A DNA stretch of 64,000 nt from contig CM059432.1 in the NCBI GenBank assembly GCA_030390025.1, positions 152,212,001 through 152,276,000 of the forward strand, written 5' to 3'. This DNA is from Squalus acanthias. Its lineage: Eukaryota. The translations under genes and the position numbers were made by a program. The notes under the pieces were generated by a model. That model made no database searches. It was not told where the DNA came from and was given only the letters and a program-made list of their open reading frames with translations. Positions 62,000 to 64,000 of the stretch are shown here, piece after piece (within the stretch, counting starts at the first letter, position 1; each line of letters starts with the position of its first letter).

Positions 62000-63160
62000 C
62001 TCCAACAACTCTCCGTTCCCATAGTTACCTCTGGGGTCCCTCAACAATCTATCCTTGATACCATCATATTTCTATCCTTGATCTCTTATTTCACATCTAC
62101 ATGCTGCCCTCAGAAACGTCATTTGAAAACATGCAAGGTTCAACATGTACACGATGACACTCAGCTCCACCTCATCACCTCTGTCGACCGCTCCACTGAT
62201 TTGTCATGCTATAATATATGAGCAGAAATTTCCAATTAAATATTGGGAAGACTGCAGCCATCGTCTTTAGTCCCTGCCACAAACTGTTCCCTAGCCACCA
62301 ACTCCATCCCTCTCCCTACCTCCAATTTTAAATTGCTCTACATTGTCAGCCGTGCCTTCAGCTGCCTAGGCCCAAAGCTCTAGAATTCCTTCCCTAAACC
62401 TCTCTTGCTTCCTTTAAGACGCTCCTTAAAACCTACTTCTTTGACCAAGATTTTGTTCACCTGTCCTAAATATCTCCTTATGTAGCTTGGTGTCAATTTT
62501 TTTTTGATAACGCTCCTGTGAAACGCTTTGGGACATTTTACTATATTAAAGGAGCGACATAAATGCAAGTTGTTGTTCTTGTTGCACGAAGAAATTTCTC
62601 CTAACCTCTCTCCTCATTCCCAGTAGAATTTTAAATTGATGACCCCTTGTCATGAATTCCCCATGAAAACCCGTAATAATTTTTAAAACTTGTATTAAAT
62701 CTCCTTTTAGCTTATTCTGTGCCAGTGGTAATAGTTTCTCAGCTCTGGTATCTCTACACTATATGCTTTCAATATCCTTTCTAAAATGGGGCACCCAAAA
62801 CTGCAGTGCTCACACTGTGGTCTAACCATTGCCATGTACACATTTATGACTTCTTTGCTCATGTACTCATAAGCCCCTATTTATAAAACCCAAATGCTAT
62901 TGACCCTTCCCTGCTCAACTACACTGCCAGTGTCTTTCCATTCAACGTGTAGTCCCATTCCCCGCTTTTCCTCCCAAAACACCTAATTTTTCCGCATTAA
63001 ATTGCACGTCACCTACCTGAATATCCCGCTAATCTAGGCCTTCTTACTGTTGGCCCAAGTTTCCGCTATTGGATTTGCAAATTCATATTTGTGCTTCCTA
63101 TGCTCAAATCATCTACATTGAAAACAAAAGTGGACCCAGCAATGACCTCTGGGGTAGTGT
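62000..63160. mobile_element. Old L2 fragment (+, about 62000-62585) followed by an old CR1 fragment (-)
   Basis: SGVPQQSIL, HDDTQL, L2 tail; then gaaatttctc..gggcacccaaaactg..ggacccagcaatgacctctgggg in reverse. Confidence 0.6.
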
Positions 63161-64000
63161 AACAAATATGAAGTAGTTCTTTCTTGTTTTGCCCCGACAG
63201 CTGTCCCTTTAAACTCCTGTACTGTGCCCGATTTAAAGACACCTGCCTGCAGTCTCAGCCATATTACATTTGTCACAAAGTTTGCCATTATTGTATCCTT
63301 GGCAACAGACTCAAGATCGAGTCAAGCACCAAATTTCAAATATGTACAGACTTCATGATTAACTCACTTATGAATAAAACAACCTGATCAACATGAGATT
63401 GGCAGTTATGAATTTCCGATGAGTCGCAGCAACAGGTCAAGAGGTATAAAAGGAGTTAATGGAGAGAAATCCTTTTGAGTGGGGTTGAATTCAAAAAAAT
63501 TAAATCTTCATGGAAAATTATGTAAATTTTAGCTAATTCCACAGCTGATAAATGAGACAAGGAGAGAAGGAGTTGGTATGTACAAGTAGAAGTTATTTAT
63601 AGAGGAACAGATTTGGCATACAGATGGTGACCTTTTATTGTTTTCTTCTCTAAGGAGACAGACAGAATACAGTTAGATTTTGCTTGTTCATTGTTTGATA
63701 AATTTCCTTAGTTCCTTAGAATGAGGTCTAATGTAATGTTTTATCATGTAAAAGGACTGGAGAGAGATCCTCTGTCAGTAGAAATAATTTCAGTAGTTTA
63801 TGAATAATTAACAAGCAGGGTTTTCTGTTTATTATCCCAGGCACATTACCAAAAATTTACATAAATAGTAAGGCTAGTGAAGACACAAAATTTCATAGGG
63901 AATTGGGACTCACCTATGACAGTGATCTAAGATATGAATACCCAAAAATCTAAAAGTCAAAAGATAGAAAAGACCTAAAAATGCAACAGATGCACCACTT

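Noticed and set aside
46700..64000. Upstream FBXL2 exon (expected LDLTSCVSITN-like); candidate donors at about 47170 and 63912
   Set aside because: Translations do not match; the exon is probably beyond the window, though I may have missed it by eye.

Overview
Eukaryotic, repeat-rich vertebrate DNA. The repeat families (CR1/HER1-type LINEs, HE1-type V-SINEs, Deu-domain SINEs, Penelope terminal repeats) point to a cartilaginous fish; this is an inference. The only host gene I can support is FBXL2 on the minus strand: five internal coding exons (127, 75, 131, 61 and 45 bp, 439 bp in total), all with GT-AG sites and compatible phases, separated by 2-12 kb introns. I did not find the flanking exons, so the whole window is probably inside this gene. 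The rest is largely nested transposons: two near-full-length CR1 LINEs, many CR1, L2 and other LINE fragments, SINEs, PIF/Harbinger relics and MITEs, a hAT element, Penelope terminal repeats with decayed hammerhead cores, and a very young full-length Ty3/Gypsy element (identical 194-bp LTRs, 5-bp TSD) plus a related solo LTR. The most unusual signal is in the Gypsy element. It has no TGG tRNA primer-binding site; the 11 nt at that position are exactly complementary to a motif inside its own LTR that includes the ATTAAA poly(A) signal. The same motif is conserved in the divergent solo LTR, and the RT active site reads YLDN. Boundaries of old repeats are approximate, and family names come from recognition, not database searches.
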